This document shows positions 18,317 to 27,472 of a stretch of 31,848 nucleotides of DNA, piece after piece; the stretch's first letter is position 1; each line of letters begins with the position of its first letter. The DNA is from Anaerovoracaceae bacterium. Lineage in GTDB: Bacteria > Bacillota > Clostridia > Peptostreptococcales > Anaerovoracaceae. A program made the position numbers and the translations under genes. The stretch is taken from NCBI GenBank assembly GCA_045639385.1, contig JAZUDB010000134.1, positions 1 through 31,848 on the forward strand. Direction: 5' to 3'. The notes beneath the pieces are model-generated. The model saw nothing but the letters and a program-made list of their open reading frames with translations, was not told the origin of the DNA and did not search any database.

Positions 18317-18449
18317 ACGTTTTTTGAGAAGTCCGATACGGCAAAAGACGTTTGCAAAACGGCGAAAACGCTGCATTTTTTGCCGGACCGATACAGGCAG
18401 GGCTCATATATTGTATTTTTGATAGAAAATATGAGCTGTTTCTGCAGTT

Positions 18450-20669
18450 TTAAAAGGCTGTGTCCCAGAGCTTCTGCAGCCGTTCGTCCAGACCGCTGTA
18501 GCGGGCCTGGATGCTGTTGTTGTCCACCATGGCGTTGCACACGGCGGGATTGCCCACCAGCACCACGGCCTGCCTGGCCCGGGTAATGGCGGTGTAGATC
18601 AGGTTTCTGGTGGAAAGCATGGGCGGGAAGTTGGTCACCGGCAGAATGATCACCGGAAACTCCGAGCCCTGGCTTTTGTGCACGGTCATGGCGAAGGCGC
18701 TCTCCAGCTCCTCTGCGGAAACGTAGTCGTAGGTGACGTATTTCTCGCCGTCGAAAACCACGCCGATGGTGCCTGTGTCCAAATTGATTTTGTCGATCAG
18801 GCCCATGTCGCCGTTGAAAATGCCGGTGCCGGTGGTGAAGGTGCTCAGGCTCTTCCATTCCATTTGATAATTGTTTTTGATCTGCATCACTTTATCGCCT
18901 TCGCGGAAGATGCGGCTGCCGATTTTCTTTTCGGTTTTGGCCGGCGAGGGCGGGTTTAACGCGGCCTGCAGCGATTCGTTCAAAGAGACGCTGCCCAGGC
19001 CGCCTTTTCTTGTGGGGGTGAGTACCTGAATGTCCGTGTAGGGGTCCAGATCCTTGAAATATGCGGGCAGACGGCGGGTGCACAAATCCAGAATGGTGCT
19101 TAAAATCTCGGCGTCCTTCCCCCGCTGAATCATGAAAAAGTCGGTGTTTTTTTCGTTGTAGGCCGGATACTCTCCGTGGTTGATGCGGTGTGCGTTCACC
19201 ACGATGGCGCTTTCCTGGGCCTGGCGGAAGATGTCCGTCAGCCGCTCGGCCTGGATCAGTCCCGTGGCCAGAATGTCCTTGAGCACGTTGCCCGCGCCCA
19301 CGGGAGGAAGCTGGTCCGCGTCGCCCACCAGGATCAGGCGGGTGCCGGGTTTGACCGCGTTCAGCAGGGCCTCGAACAGCAGGATGTCCACCATGGACAC
19401 CTCGTCGATGATAATGCAGTCCGCTTCCAGGGGGTTCTCCGCGTTGCGGCCGAAAATCATCCGGTCCTGGCCTTCTTCGTAGGCGTATTCCAGCAGCCGG
19501 TGAATGGTACTGGCAGGAACGCCGGCGGACTGCTGCATGCGCTTGGCCGCCCGGCCCGTGGGAGCCGCCAGCAGGGTTTTCAGGCCCGCGGAGGTATACA
19601 CTGCCAGAATGGTGTTGATAATGGTGGTTTTTCCGGTGCCCGGACCCCCGGTAATGACCAGCACACCGCTGCGCAGACTGGCTTCGATGGCGTGCTTCTG
19701 CTTTTCGGACAGCTGGATGCCGGCGTTTTTCTCCGCCTGCCGGAGCAGGTTTTCCGTGTTGACCGCCACGGCGGAAAGGGGCGTATTGCACAGCTCGTAA
19801 AGCTTGGCTGCCGCGGCCCGCTCGGCCCGGTAGTAGCTGTAGAGCATGTAAATATTGGTGCCGCCGATGACGTCCTTGCAGATTTTGCCGTCCATCACCA
19901 GCCCGAAGGCGCCCTCCGCCACCTGCTCCCGGGTCACGTCCAGGAAAGCTGCGGTTTCTTCCGTCAGCTCGGTTTCCGGCACATAGGTGTGACCCTGGCT
20001 TACCTTTTCGCTGAGCATAAACAGAATGCCGCTCTGAATGCGGAAGGGGGAGTCCGGGGCGATGCCCACGGAGGATGCGATTTTATCCGCTTTGCGGAAG
20101 CCCACGCCGTAGATGTCGGAAATCAGGGCGTAGGGATTTTCTTTTATGATGTCCACCGCACCGGCGCCGTAGGCCCGGTAGAGCTTTAAGGCAACTCCGG
20201 CGGAAATGTCGTATTCGGACAGGGCCAGCACCGTGTCCGCGTATTCCCGGTGTTCCCGGTAGCCCGCGGCAATGGCTTCTGCCTTGGCCGGACCGATGCC
20301 GGGCACGGTCAGCAGACGCTCCGGATTGTCCTGGATGATGCGCAGGGTATCTTTGCCCAGCTTCCGCACGATGGCGGCGGCCATTTTGGGGCCGATGCCC
20401 CGGATCATGCCGGAGCTTAGGAAGGAAACGATGCCGTCTTCGGTGGTGGGTTCCAGCTCCTCTGCGGAGGAGAAGGCAAACTGCTCCCCGTATTTGGGGT
20501 GGGTCTTCCATTCGCCGGTCAGGCGGTAGTGCTTGCCCGCTTTAGGCGCAGCCATACTTCCAACGGCAAAAAACTGCTCTTCGTCGGTTTCAAAGAGCAG
20601 TATGGTGTAAAAGTTTGTTTCGTTGCGGAAGATCAGCTCCCGGGCTGTTCCTTCTTTTTCTTCTTTCAT
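18450..20669 (-). CDS. recD2: ATP-dependent RecD-like DNA helicase (RecD2)
   Basis: N-terminal HhH motifs (GIGPKMA, PGIGPAKA), TGGPGTGKTT, IIDEVSMVD, LVGDADQLPPVG and TVHKSQGSEF. Confidence 0.95.
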   Translation of the reverse strand: MKEEKEGTARELIFRNETNFYTILLFETDEEQFFAVGSMAAPKAGKHYRLTGEWKTHPKYGEQFAFSSAEELEPTTEDGIVSFLSSGMIRGIGPKMAAAIVRKLGKDTLRIIQDNPERLLTVPGIGPAKAEAIAAGYREHREYADTVLALSEYDISAGVALKLYRAYGAGAVDIIKENPYALISDIYGVGFRKADKIASSVGIAPDSPFRIQSGILFMLSEKVSQGHTYVPETELTEETAAFLDVTREQVAEGAFGLVMDGKICKDVIGGTNIYMLYSYYRAERAAAAKLYELCNTPLSAVAVNTENLLRQAEKNAGIQLSEKQKHAIEASLRSGVLVITGGPGTGKTTIINTILAVYTSAGLKTLLAAPTGRAAKRMQQSAGVPASTIHRLLEYAYEEGQDRMIFGRNAENPLEADCIIIDEVSMVDILLFEALLNAVKPGTRLILVGDADQLPPVGAGNVLKDILATGLIQAERLTDIFRQAQESAIVVNAHRINHGEYPAYNEKNTDFFMIQRGKDAEILSTILDLCTRRLPAYFKDLDPYTDIQVLTPTRKGGLGSVSLNESLQAALNPPSPAKTEKKIGSRIFREGDKVMQIKNNYQMEWKSLSTFTTGTGIFNGDMGLIDKINLDTGTIGVVFDGEKYVTYDYVSAEELESAFAMTVHKSQGSEFPVIILPVTNFPPMLSTRNLIYTAITRARQAVVLVGNPAVCNAMVDNNSIQARYSGLDERLQKLWDTAF

Positions 20670-20671
20670 GT

Positions 20672-21637
20672 TTATTTAAATGTGGGTTTGTAGAGCATGC
20701 GTCCGTCCAGGGTGCGCACTCTCTCGGAGAATCCGCCTCCGTCCACGCCGTCCAGGGCGGCTTCGAAGTCGAACATCTTGGCGTCCAGCATGTCCAGATA
20801 GTGGAGCAGTTCCGCTTCCGGGAACATGGGGCGCACCGGAGAACCGTAGTCCGGTTCGTAGTGGTGAGACAGGATCATGTGCTGCAGCATGACGGTTTTT
20901 TCTTCGTCCAGACCCGCTTTTTCGGCTCTTTCCTGCATGGAAATGGCCCCCATGACAATATGTCCCAGCATGTTGCCTTTCATCGTGTAGCCGTTGGAAA
21001 TTCCCAGTTCGCTGCTCTGGATCTCGTTGAGTTTTTCCATGTCGTGCATAATGACGCCGCAGATGACCCAGTCCGGATCCAGGTTGGTGTAAACGCTGCA
21101 GGCCTTGATGCCCAGGTCCAGCATGCGCTTGGTGTGGTACAGAAGTCCCGCGTATTCCGCGTGGTGATTGCGCATGGCGCCGGGGTAGTAGCGCAGCCGC
21201 TCTTTGTTCTCTGTCAGGGCGTTTTCGCAGACCGCCTTCAGGCCGGGGTCTTTTACATCCTCCGCCTTGTCCCAGATGAATTCGAACATTTCGTCCGGGT
21301 CTTCCGGGGCGGCTTTGATAAACTCGCTCATTTCCAGTTTGTCTTCTTTTACGGCTCTGCGGATCTTGGTGATGCGCAGCTGCTTAATACCGTTCCATTC
21401 GGAGACGCTGGCCTTGATTTTCACCAGTTCTCCTTCGGAAATACCGGCCAGGTTGGTGGCCTCGATGTCGTCCAGGTCCCACTTTTTGCCGTTGATTTCG
21501 CCGGTTTTGTCTCCCAGGGTTACGTCAAAATAGTTTTTATGATTGGAGCCCACCTTGACGGCGGCGTTTTTTACCATGAAAAAATCGGTAAACTCTTCGT
21601 TCAGCTGAAGAGCACTGATGTAAAATTCTTTGTTCAT
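20672..21637 (-). CDS. yhaM: 3'-5' exoribonuclease YhaM/Cbf1 family (OB fold plus HD domain)
   Basis: N-terminal OB-like YFDVTLGDKTGEINGKKWD. HD-domain motifs HHAEYAGLLYH, MHDMEK, ILSHH, LHYLDMLDAKM. Confidence 0.88.
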   Translation of the reverse strand: MNKEFYISALQLNEEFTDFFMVKNAAVKVGSNHKNYFDVTLGDKTGEINGKKWDLDDIEATNLAGISEGELVKIKASVSEWNGIKQLRITKIRRAVKEDKLEMSEFIKAAPEDPDEMFEFIWDKAEDVKDPGLKAVCENALTENKERLRYYPGAMRNHHAEYAGLLYHTKRMLDLGIKACSVYTNLDPDWVICGVIMHDMEKLNEIQSSELGISNGYTMKGNMLGHIVMGAISMQERAEKAGLDEEKTVMLQHMILSHHYEPDYGSPVRPMFPEAELLHYLDMLDAKMFDFEAALDGVDGGGFSERVRTLDGRMLYKPTFK

Positions 21638-21729
21638 TACAAGCCTCCTGCCTCAATTTTATACTATCATGGAATACAAAAATTGTAAATTAAGCAATGC
21701 GGTTTTTTTGTGAATTGCCGCTAAGAATC

Positions 21730-21759
21730 TTGCACAAAACAGGGGAATAATAATATAAT
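21730..21759 (+). promoter_or_regulatory. SigA-type promoter of the cdaA operon
   Basis: TTGCAC (21730-21735)-N18-TATAAT (21754-21759). Confidence 0.55.
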
Positions 21760-21794
21760 ATACTGTCAAAGTGTTTTCAGGAAAGGAGCGTTCC

Positions 21795-22643
21795 GTGAGC
21801 CAGTATATTACGGGAATTTTCATAGGCATACGGTTTACCGATATCATCGATATCCTGATTATAACCCTGCTGATTTACAAGGCCTGGGGTTACTTAAAGA
21901 CATCCCGGGCGGCACAGCTGACCAAGGGCATCGGCATTATTATCGCCATCGCTCTGATTTCGGAGGTCTGCAATCTTTACGTGGTTTCCTGGCTGATCGG
22001 AAAGATCCTGAGCATCGGACTGGTAGCCCTGGTGGTGGTGTTCCAGCCGGAACTGCGCCGGGTGCTGGGATACATCGGCAGAGGCAAGTTCAACATCCGC
22101 AGTCAGGAGTCTCTGAGCGCGGAATACAAGATGTCCATTGTGGATGCCATCGTCAAATCCGTGGAGTATTTTTCCGCCCGCAAAGAGGGCGCCATCATGG
22201 TCTTCGAGCAGGACGTGGCCCTGGATGACATTGCGGAAACCGGAACCAACCTGGACACTAAGATTTCCACCGAAGCGATCAACAACATTTTCTATAAAGG
22301 CGCACCGCTGCACGACGGCGCCGTAATTATCCGGGACGACCGGATTTACGCCGCAGGCTGCGTGCTGCCCTTAACCCAGAATCAGAACCTTTCCCGGGAT
22401 CTGGGTACCCGGCACAGAGCGGGCATCGGTATTTCCGAGGTGTCCGACGCCCTGGTTCTGATCGTATCCGAAGAAACCGGCATTATTTCCATTGCAAGAA
22501 ACGGCAAACTTTCCCGTTTTCTGGACCTGAAGAGCGTGGAAAAGCAGCTCCTGGCCATCTATATGGACGGCAGCCGGGAAGAATCCATCCTTACCCGATT
22601 TGCAAAATTATGGAGGAAGAACGATGAAGCTCAAGAACAATAA
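21795..22643 (+). CDS. cdaA: Diadenylate cyclase CdaA/DacA
   Basis: GTG at 21795 after AGGAG. Three N-terminal TM helices, VFQPELRR, DAC motifs LHDGAVII and GTRHRAG. Confidence 0.96.
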   Translation: MSQYITGIFIGIRFTDIIDILIITLLIYKAWGYLKTSRAAQLTKGIGIIIAIALISEVCNLYVVSWLIGKILSIGLVALVVVFQPELRRVLGYIGRGKFNIRSQESLSAEYKMSIVDAIVKSVEYFSARKEGAIMVFEQDVALDDIAETGTNLDTKISTEAINNIFYKGAPLHDGAVIIRDDRIYAAGCVLPLTQNQNLSRDLGTRHRAGIGISEVSDALVLIVSEETGIISIARNGKLSRFLDLKSVEKQLLAIYMDGSREESILTRFAKLWRKNDEAQEQ

Positions 22644-23838
22644 AATCGTAAGATTCCTTCTTTCCTTCCTTTTGGCGGTATTCCTGTGGTCCTACGTGAT
22701 CAACGTGGTCAACCCTTCGTCCACCACGACCCTGCGCAACATTCCGGTGACCCTGTCCGGCACCGAGGCGCTGGCGGAGAAGAACCTGGCCATCGTGGGC
22801 AGCGGGGAATATACCGTGGACATTACGGTGCGGGCCTCCCGTTCCGATCTGAGCAGTCTTTCCCCCGACAATTTCCGGGCCACGGCGGACGTTTCCGGCC
22901 TGACCCTGGGGCAGGATTACATTACCGTGGCGGTGGAAGCGCCCCACGGCTACACCGTGGACGATATCCGTTCCCGGAAAATTCAGGTGTACGTGGATGA
23001 ACTGGCAACGGTCACCGTGCCGGTTATCGTAAATTACGGGGCGGCGGATGCCGGCTACGAGGCAGCCATCCTGAACGTGTATCCCGAAAAAGTAAAGATT
23101 TCCGGCGCCAAGCAGCTCATCGGCAGCGTGGATTCGTACCGGGTTAACGTGGATACCAAAAATCTGAAGTTCGAGGAGCCGGTGAACCTTTCCGTAAAGG
23201 GAAGCATCATGGACGCCGGCGGCAACGCGCTGCAGGGTCTGGTGTCTTCTGCGGAGGAGATCAGCGTTAAGGCAGCGGTTTACAAGACCAAAACCGTTTC
23301 GCTGCAGGCTGTGTATTCCGGCGATGTGTGGGAAGGTGCCAAGGTGAAGAGCATCAATGCGCCTACCGGCATTACCATCAAGGGACCGTCGGAGAAGCTG
23401 GCGGAAATCTCCAGCGTAAAATCCAAGAACATTTCCATCGAAGGCATTTTTGAGGACTTCGAAGAGATGCTGGAAATCAGCCTGCCGGAAGGCGTATTCG
23501 TTTCGGATAAGGACAGCGGTATAAAGCTGTCTGTGGATCTGGAGGACGAAGGCAGCATCAGCTTCCGCTACTCTGCATCCGATATTAAAACCCTCAGCCT
23601 GGCGAATTCTTTGAGCGTGGTTTATTCGCTGAAAACGGATTCGCATATCACCGCGGAAATTACCGGCCCGGTCAGCGTCTTAAAGACCCTGGCGTCTTCG
23701 GACGTGCAGATTACCGTGGACGGCAGCGGCTTTGCAGAGGGAACCAGAGACGTCAAAATAACCGCATCCACCCAGGTGGACGGCATCAATATCCGCTTAT
23801 CGCACAGTACGGTAGGCGCAGTAATAAGGAAGAGATAA
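22624..23838 (+). CDS. cdaR: CdaR (YbbR-domain) regulator
   Basis: ATG at 22624 after GGAGG. N-terminal TM LLAVFLWSYV, repeated beta-rich modules, canonical position between cdaA and glmM. Confidence 0.88.
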   Translation: MKLKNNKIVRFLLSFLLAVFLWSYVINVVNPSSTTTLRNIPVTLSGTEALAEKNLAIVGSGEYTVDITVRASRSDLSSLSPDNFRATADVSGLTLGQDYITVAVEAPHGYTVDDIRSRKIQVYVDELATVTVPVIVNYGAADAGYEAAILNVYPEKVKISGAKQLIGSVDSYRVNVDTKNLKFEEPVNLSVKGSIMDAGGNALQGLVSSAEEISVKAAVYKTKTVSLQAVYSGDVWEGAKVKSINAPTGITIKGPSEKLAEISSVKSKNISIEGIFEDFEEMLEISLPEGVFVSDKDSGIKLSVDLEDEGSISFRYSASDIKTLSLANSLSVVYSLKTDSHITAEITGPVSVLKTLASSDVQITVDGSGFAEGTRDVKITASTQVDGINIRLSHSTVGAVIRKR

Positions 23839-23841
23839 GCT

Positions 23842-25215
23842 ATGGGTAAGTATTTTGGGACAGACGGATTCCGCGGTGAGGCAAACAAAGACCTTACCGC
23901 CATGCATGCATTTAAAATCGGTCTTTTTATCGGCTGGTACTACGGTACCGATCCGGAGCAGAAGCATCCGGCGGATTACCGGCCCAGAATCGTGGTGGGC
24001 AAAGACACCAGAAGATCCAGTTATATGTATGAAGACGCTCTGGCCGCAGGCATCGTAGCCGCCGGCGCAGACTGCTATCTTCTGCACGTGACCAGCACCC
24101 CCTCCGTGGCCTATGTGGCCAGAACCGAGGGCTTTGACTGCGGTGTAATGATCTCCGCAAGCCACAACCCCTTCACGGACAACGGAATTAAACTGATCAA
24201 CGGCGACGGCGAAAAGATGATGGACGAAACCCTGGACAAGGTGGAAGCCTATCTGGACGGCGACTGGGAAGTCCCCCTGGCCACCGGCGCCAATATCGGC
24301 AGCGTCATCGACCACGCGGCGGGCAGAAATCGCTATGTCGGCTATCTGATCAGCCTGGCCAGCTGTTCTTTCAAGGGCGTAAAAGTGGGCCTGGATCCTT
24401 CCAACGGTTCCACCTGGCAGATTGCCAAGAACGTATTTGACGCTCTGGGCGCAGAAACCCATGTGATCAACAATCAGCCGGACGGCCTGAACGTAAACAA
24501 GGACTGCGGATCCACCCACATCGAGGGCCTCTGCCAGTACGTAAAGGATAACCATCTGGACATCGGCTTTGCTTTCGACGGCGACGCGGACCGCTGCCTG
24601 GCCGTGGATGAAAACGGCAAGGTGGTCAACGGCGATGAAATTATGTACGTCTGCGCAAAGTATATGCAGCAGACCGGCGAGCTGGGCAGCTCCAAGGTGG
24701 TCACCACCATCATGAGCAACTTCGGCCTGTACAAGGCCCTGGACGAGCTGGGCATCGGCTACGAAAAAACCGCAGTGGGCGACCGCTACGTTTACGAGAA
24801 TATGGCGGAGAACGGCCACCTGATCGGCGGCGAACAGTCCGGTCACATCATCTTTAAGAAATACGCCACCACAGGAGACGGCGTGCTCACCGCCATTATG
24901 GTCATGCAGACCGTAATCAAGCAGAAGAGCACCCTGGCAAAGCTGGTGGAAGGGGTCACCATGTATCCGCAGGTATTAAAGAACGTGGTGGTTACCGACA
25001 AGGACGAAACCATGGCAGATCCGCTGGTGGCGGCAGCTGTGGACGCGGCGGGCGCAAAGCTGGGTAACACCGGCAGAGTGCTGCTGCGCAAATCCGGTAC
25101 CGAACCGGTGCTCCGCGTAATGGCGGAAGCACAGACAGAAGAAGCCGCAGAGGACGCGGTGGACTCCATGATTGCAGCCATGAAACAGGCGGGCAAACTG
25201 ATTAAGATTAAGTAA
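23842..25215 (+). CDS. glmM: Phosphoglucosamine mutase
   Basis: KYFGTDGFRG, ISASHNP (phosphoserine), FDGDADR, GGEQSGH, RKSGTEPVLRVM. Confidence 0.97.
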   Translation: MGKYFGTDGFRGEANKDLTAMHAFKIGLFIGWYYGTDPEQKHPADYRPRIVVGKDTRRSSYMYEDALAAGIVAAGADCYLLHVTSTPSVAYVARTEGFDCGVMISASHNPFTDNGIKLINGDGEKMMDETLDKVEAYLDGDWEVPLATGANIGSVIDHAAGRNRYVGYLISLASCSFKGVKVGLDPSNGSTWQIAKNVFDALGAETHVINNQPDGLNVNKDCGSTHIEGLCQYVKDNHLDIGFAFDGDADRCLAVDENGKVVNGDEIMYVCAKYMQQTGELGSSKVVTTIMSNFGLYKALDELGIGYEKTAVGDRYVYENMAENGHLIGGEQSGHIIFKKYATTGDGVLTAIMVMQTVIKQKSTLAKLVEGVTMYPQVLKNVVVTDKDETMADPLVAAAVDAAGAKLGNTGRVLLRKSGTEPVLRVMAEAQTEEAAEDAVDSMIAAMKQAGKLIKIK

Positions 25216-25227
25216 AAGAGGCAGAAA

Positions 25228-25893
25228 ATGATTCCGAAGATTACAGAGCTCTTCGATCTGGAGCATACCATTGCCGCAGACCTTTTCGACGGAAAAACTT
25301 ATCCGTGGGAAGTTCTGGGAGACATTAAAGAATACATCATCGCCCTGGGCAAGACCCTGCCCGCGGACGAATACGAGGAAGTTTCCGAGCACGTGTGGAT
25401 CGCCAAGGACGCCAAGGTCTTTCCTTCCGCTTATATCGGCGCACCCTGCATTATCGACCACGGCGCGGAAGTGCGCCACTGCGCCTTCATCCGCGAAAGC
25501 GCCATCGTGGGCAAGGGCTCCGTGGTGGGCAACTCCTGCGAAGTAAAGAACGCGGTGATTTTCGATAACTGCGAAGTTCCCCACTACAACTATGTGGGCG
25601 ACTCCGTGCTGGGCTATCACGCCCATATGGGGGCAGGCTCCGTTACCAGCAACGTAAAGGCGGACCGCAAGAACGTGGTGGTAAAGGCAGAAGACGAGCA
25701 GATGGAGACCGGCCGCCGGAAGTTCGGCGCCATGCTGGGTGACTGGGCGGAGATCGGCTGCAACGCAGTGCTGAACCCGGGCACCATCGTCTGCAGACAC
25801 GCCAACGTGTATCCCACCAGCTGCGTCCGCGGCATCATTCCGGAGAATTCCATCCGCAAGGACAACGGCGACGTGGTCCCCAAGCACGAATAA
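25228..25893 (+). CDS. Stand-alone left-handed beta-helix acetyltransferase resembling the GlmU C-terminal domain
   Basis: Hexapeptide repeats, PHYNYVGDSVLG, GAGSVTSN, TGRRKFGAMLGD, IGCNAVLNPG. No N-terminal nucleotidyltransferase domain. Confidence 0.8.
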   Translation: MIPKITELFDLEHTIAADLFDGKTYPWEVLGDIKEYIIALGKTLPADEYEEVSEHVWIAKDAKVFPSAYIGAPCIIDHGAEVRHCAFIRESAIVGKGSVVGNSCEVKNAVIFDNCEVPHYNYVGDSVLGYHAHMGAGSVTSNVKADRKNVVVKAEDEQMETGRRKFGAMLGDWAEIGCNAVLNPGTIVCRHANVYPTSCVRGIIPENSIRKDNGDVVPKHE

Positions 25894-25992
25894 ACAGGTC
25901 TTCGGCCTGCGGGCTGTCCGCATGCCGGCGCCTTTCGTTTCGTTAAAAAATAATTGAATATAGAGGGCAGCCAAGCTGCCCGAGGAGGCAAA

Positions 25993-26712
25993 ATGAAAGT
26001 TATCATTGGTTCCGAGCAGGAAATCGCTCAAATGGCAGCACAGCAGTACGTAGAGCTTCTGCAGAAGAAGCCCAACGCGGTACTGGGCGGCGCAACCGGT
26101 TCCACGCCGCTGGGTCTGTATGCGGAGCTGGCAAGACTGAACAAGGAAGGGGTCATCTCCTTTAAGGACGTTACCACTTTCAATCTGGATGAGTACGTTG
26201 GTCTGGGCGGCGACCACGACCAGAGCTACCGCTACTTTATGGACCACAACCTTTTCGATCATATCGACATCGACAAGGCCAATACCCATGTTCCCGACGG
26301 CATCAATCTTGAGAACATCAAGACATACGATGCACAGATCGAGGCGGCGGGCGGCATCGACCTGCAGATTCTGGGCATCGGCGTGGACGGCCACATTGCG
26401 TTCAACGAGCCGGGTACCCCCTGGGATTCCCTCACCCACGTGGTAGAGCTGGAGCAGAACACCAGAGAGGTCAACGCCAGATTCTTCAACAGCATCGACG
26501 AGGTCCCCACCCATGCGGTTACCATGGGCATTAAGTCCATCATGCACGCGCGCTCCATCATTCTGATGGCCATCGGCGAAAACAAGGCCGACGTGGTGGA
26601 AAAGATGATCAACGGTCCCATCGACACCCAGGTTGCTGCATCCATTCTGCAGCTCCACCCGGATGTAACCATTTATCTTGACCCTGCAGCGGCAAGCAAA
26701 CTCAGTAAGTAA
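25993..26712 (+). CDS. nagB: Glucosamine-6-phosphate deaminase
   Basis: ATG at 25993 after [57 protein letters not shown]. Confidence 0.96.
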   Translation: MKVIIGSEQEIAQMAAQQYVELLQKKPNAVLGGATGSTPLGLYAELARLNKEGVISFKDVTTFNLDEYVGLGGDHDQSYRYFMDHNLFDHIDIDKANTHVPDGINLENIKTYDAQIEAAGGIDLQILGIGVDGHIAFNEPGTPWDSLTHVVELEQNTREVNARFFNSIDEVPTHAVTMGIKSIMHARSIILMAIGENKADVVEKMINGPIDTQVAASILQLHPDVTIYLDPAAASKLSK

Positions 26713-26717
26713 TATAT

Positions 26718-26774
26718 AACCGGCAGATTCCAAAGACGAGGCAATGCCCCGGCTCTGGGGCTGCCGGTTTTTTT
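26718..26774 (+). terminator. Terminator-like hairpin after nagB
   Basis: AACCGGCAG/CTGCCGGTT arms (inner GCCCC/GGGGC alternative) followed by a T-run. Confidence 0.6.
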
Positions 26775-26800
26775 AGAAATATTATGAATACCGATTTGTT

Positions 26801-27234
26801 ATGCGAAATAAGAGAATGGAATCTACAAAATCAAAACTTTTTGCACTTTTTATACTTCTTGTTGTTGCGCTGTCCGGAAGTGCGAGAATCATGAATAGTA
26901 CGGGCACTTCTGTATCGGAATTGATTTTTAATGAGGTTGAGGAGATTTCTTTCAATTTTATCAGCGTTCCCGAAGAACCGCAAAACTGTATTATTCCGAT
27001 CGTCAAGAAGAGATAATCAACTATATCAGATTGATAAAAGTGGTGAGATATTCGGGGCCTTTTTTGAAACGGAGTACGATGGATTTGTGCTTTACTGCAG
27101 AAGATGATTTCTTTCTGTATGTCAGTGATAAATACATTGTATATGTACAACCATCTTTTCCCAGTCCTATATACCGTTATTATGAAGTGAAATCAGAAAT
27201 AGATTTTACATATTTGATGTCGTTGGTTTACTGA
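26801..27234 (+). pseudogene. Two short AT-rich ORFs (71 and 67 aa), possibly one frameshifted exported-protein gene
   Basis: First ORF has a signal-peptide-like KLFALFILLVVALSGS. The second begins 15 nt later in another frame without a clear RBS. Confidence 0.35.
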
Positions 27235-27330
27235 AAGGATGTGTTTATGAAAGGTTTTATTTCATTGTTGCTTTGTTTTTCTATTAGTACTTTCATTTCC
27301 TATTGATTGTTTAGCTTTTTTGGTATCGCT

Positions 27331-27447
27331 GTGGGAAAGATGATTAACGGCCCCATCGACACTCAGGTGGCAGCATCCATTCTGCAGCTGCACCCGGATG
27401 TAACCGTTTACCTTGACCCTGCTGCGGCAAGCAAGCTGAGCAAGTAA
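27331..27447 (+). repeat. Second copy of the last 39 codons of nagB (direct repeat of 26596-26712)
   Basis: Manual alignment gives 104/117 identical; 11 of the 13 differences are synonymous third positions. Confidence 0.95.
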
Positions 27448-27472
27448 ACGTTAAAAGAGGAGAAAATTCGAA

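Larger units (their letters stand above)
26713..27330. mobile_element. Small AT-rich inserted cassette bracketed by the duplicated nagB 3' end
   Basis: Abrupt AT enrichment between two 117-bp copies of the nagB 3' end. No integrase or transposase inside. Confidence 0.65.

Noticed and set aside
25894-25992. glmS ribozyme or other riboswitch before nagB
   Set aside because: The region is under 100 nt with only short GC hairpins and no recognisable conserved core.
24976-26733. 585-aa minus-strand ORF
   Set aside because: Antisense to glmM, the acetyltransferase and nagB, all of which have clear family motifs.
26713-27330. IS element or prophage remnant
   Set aside because: No transposase or integrase fragments or terminal inverted repeats seen. 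The flanking repeat is 117 bp of coding sequence, not a short target-site duplication.
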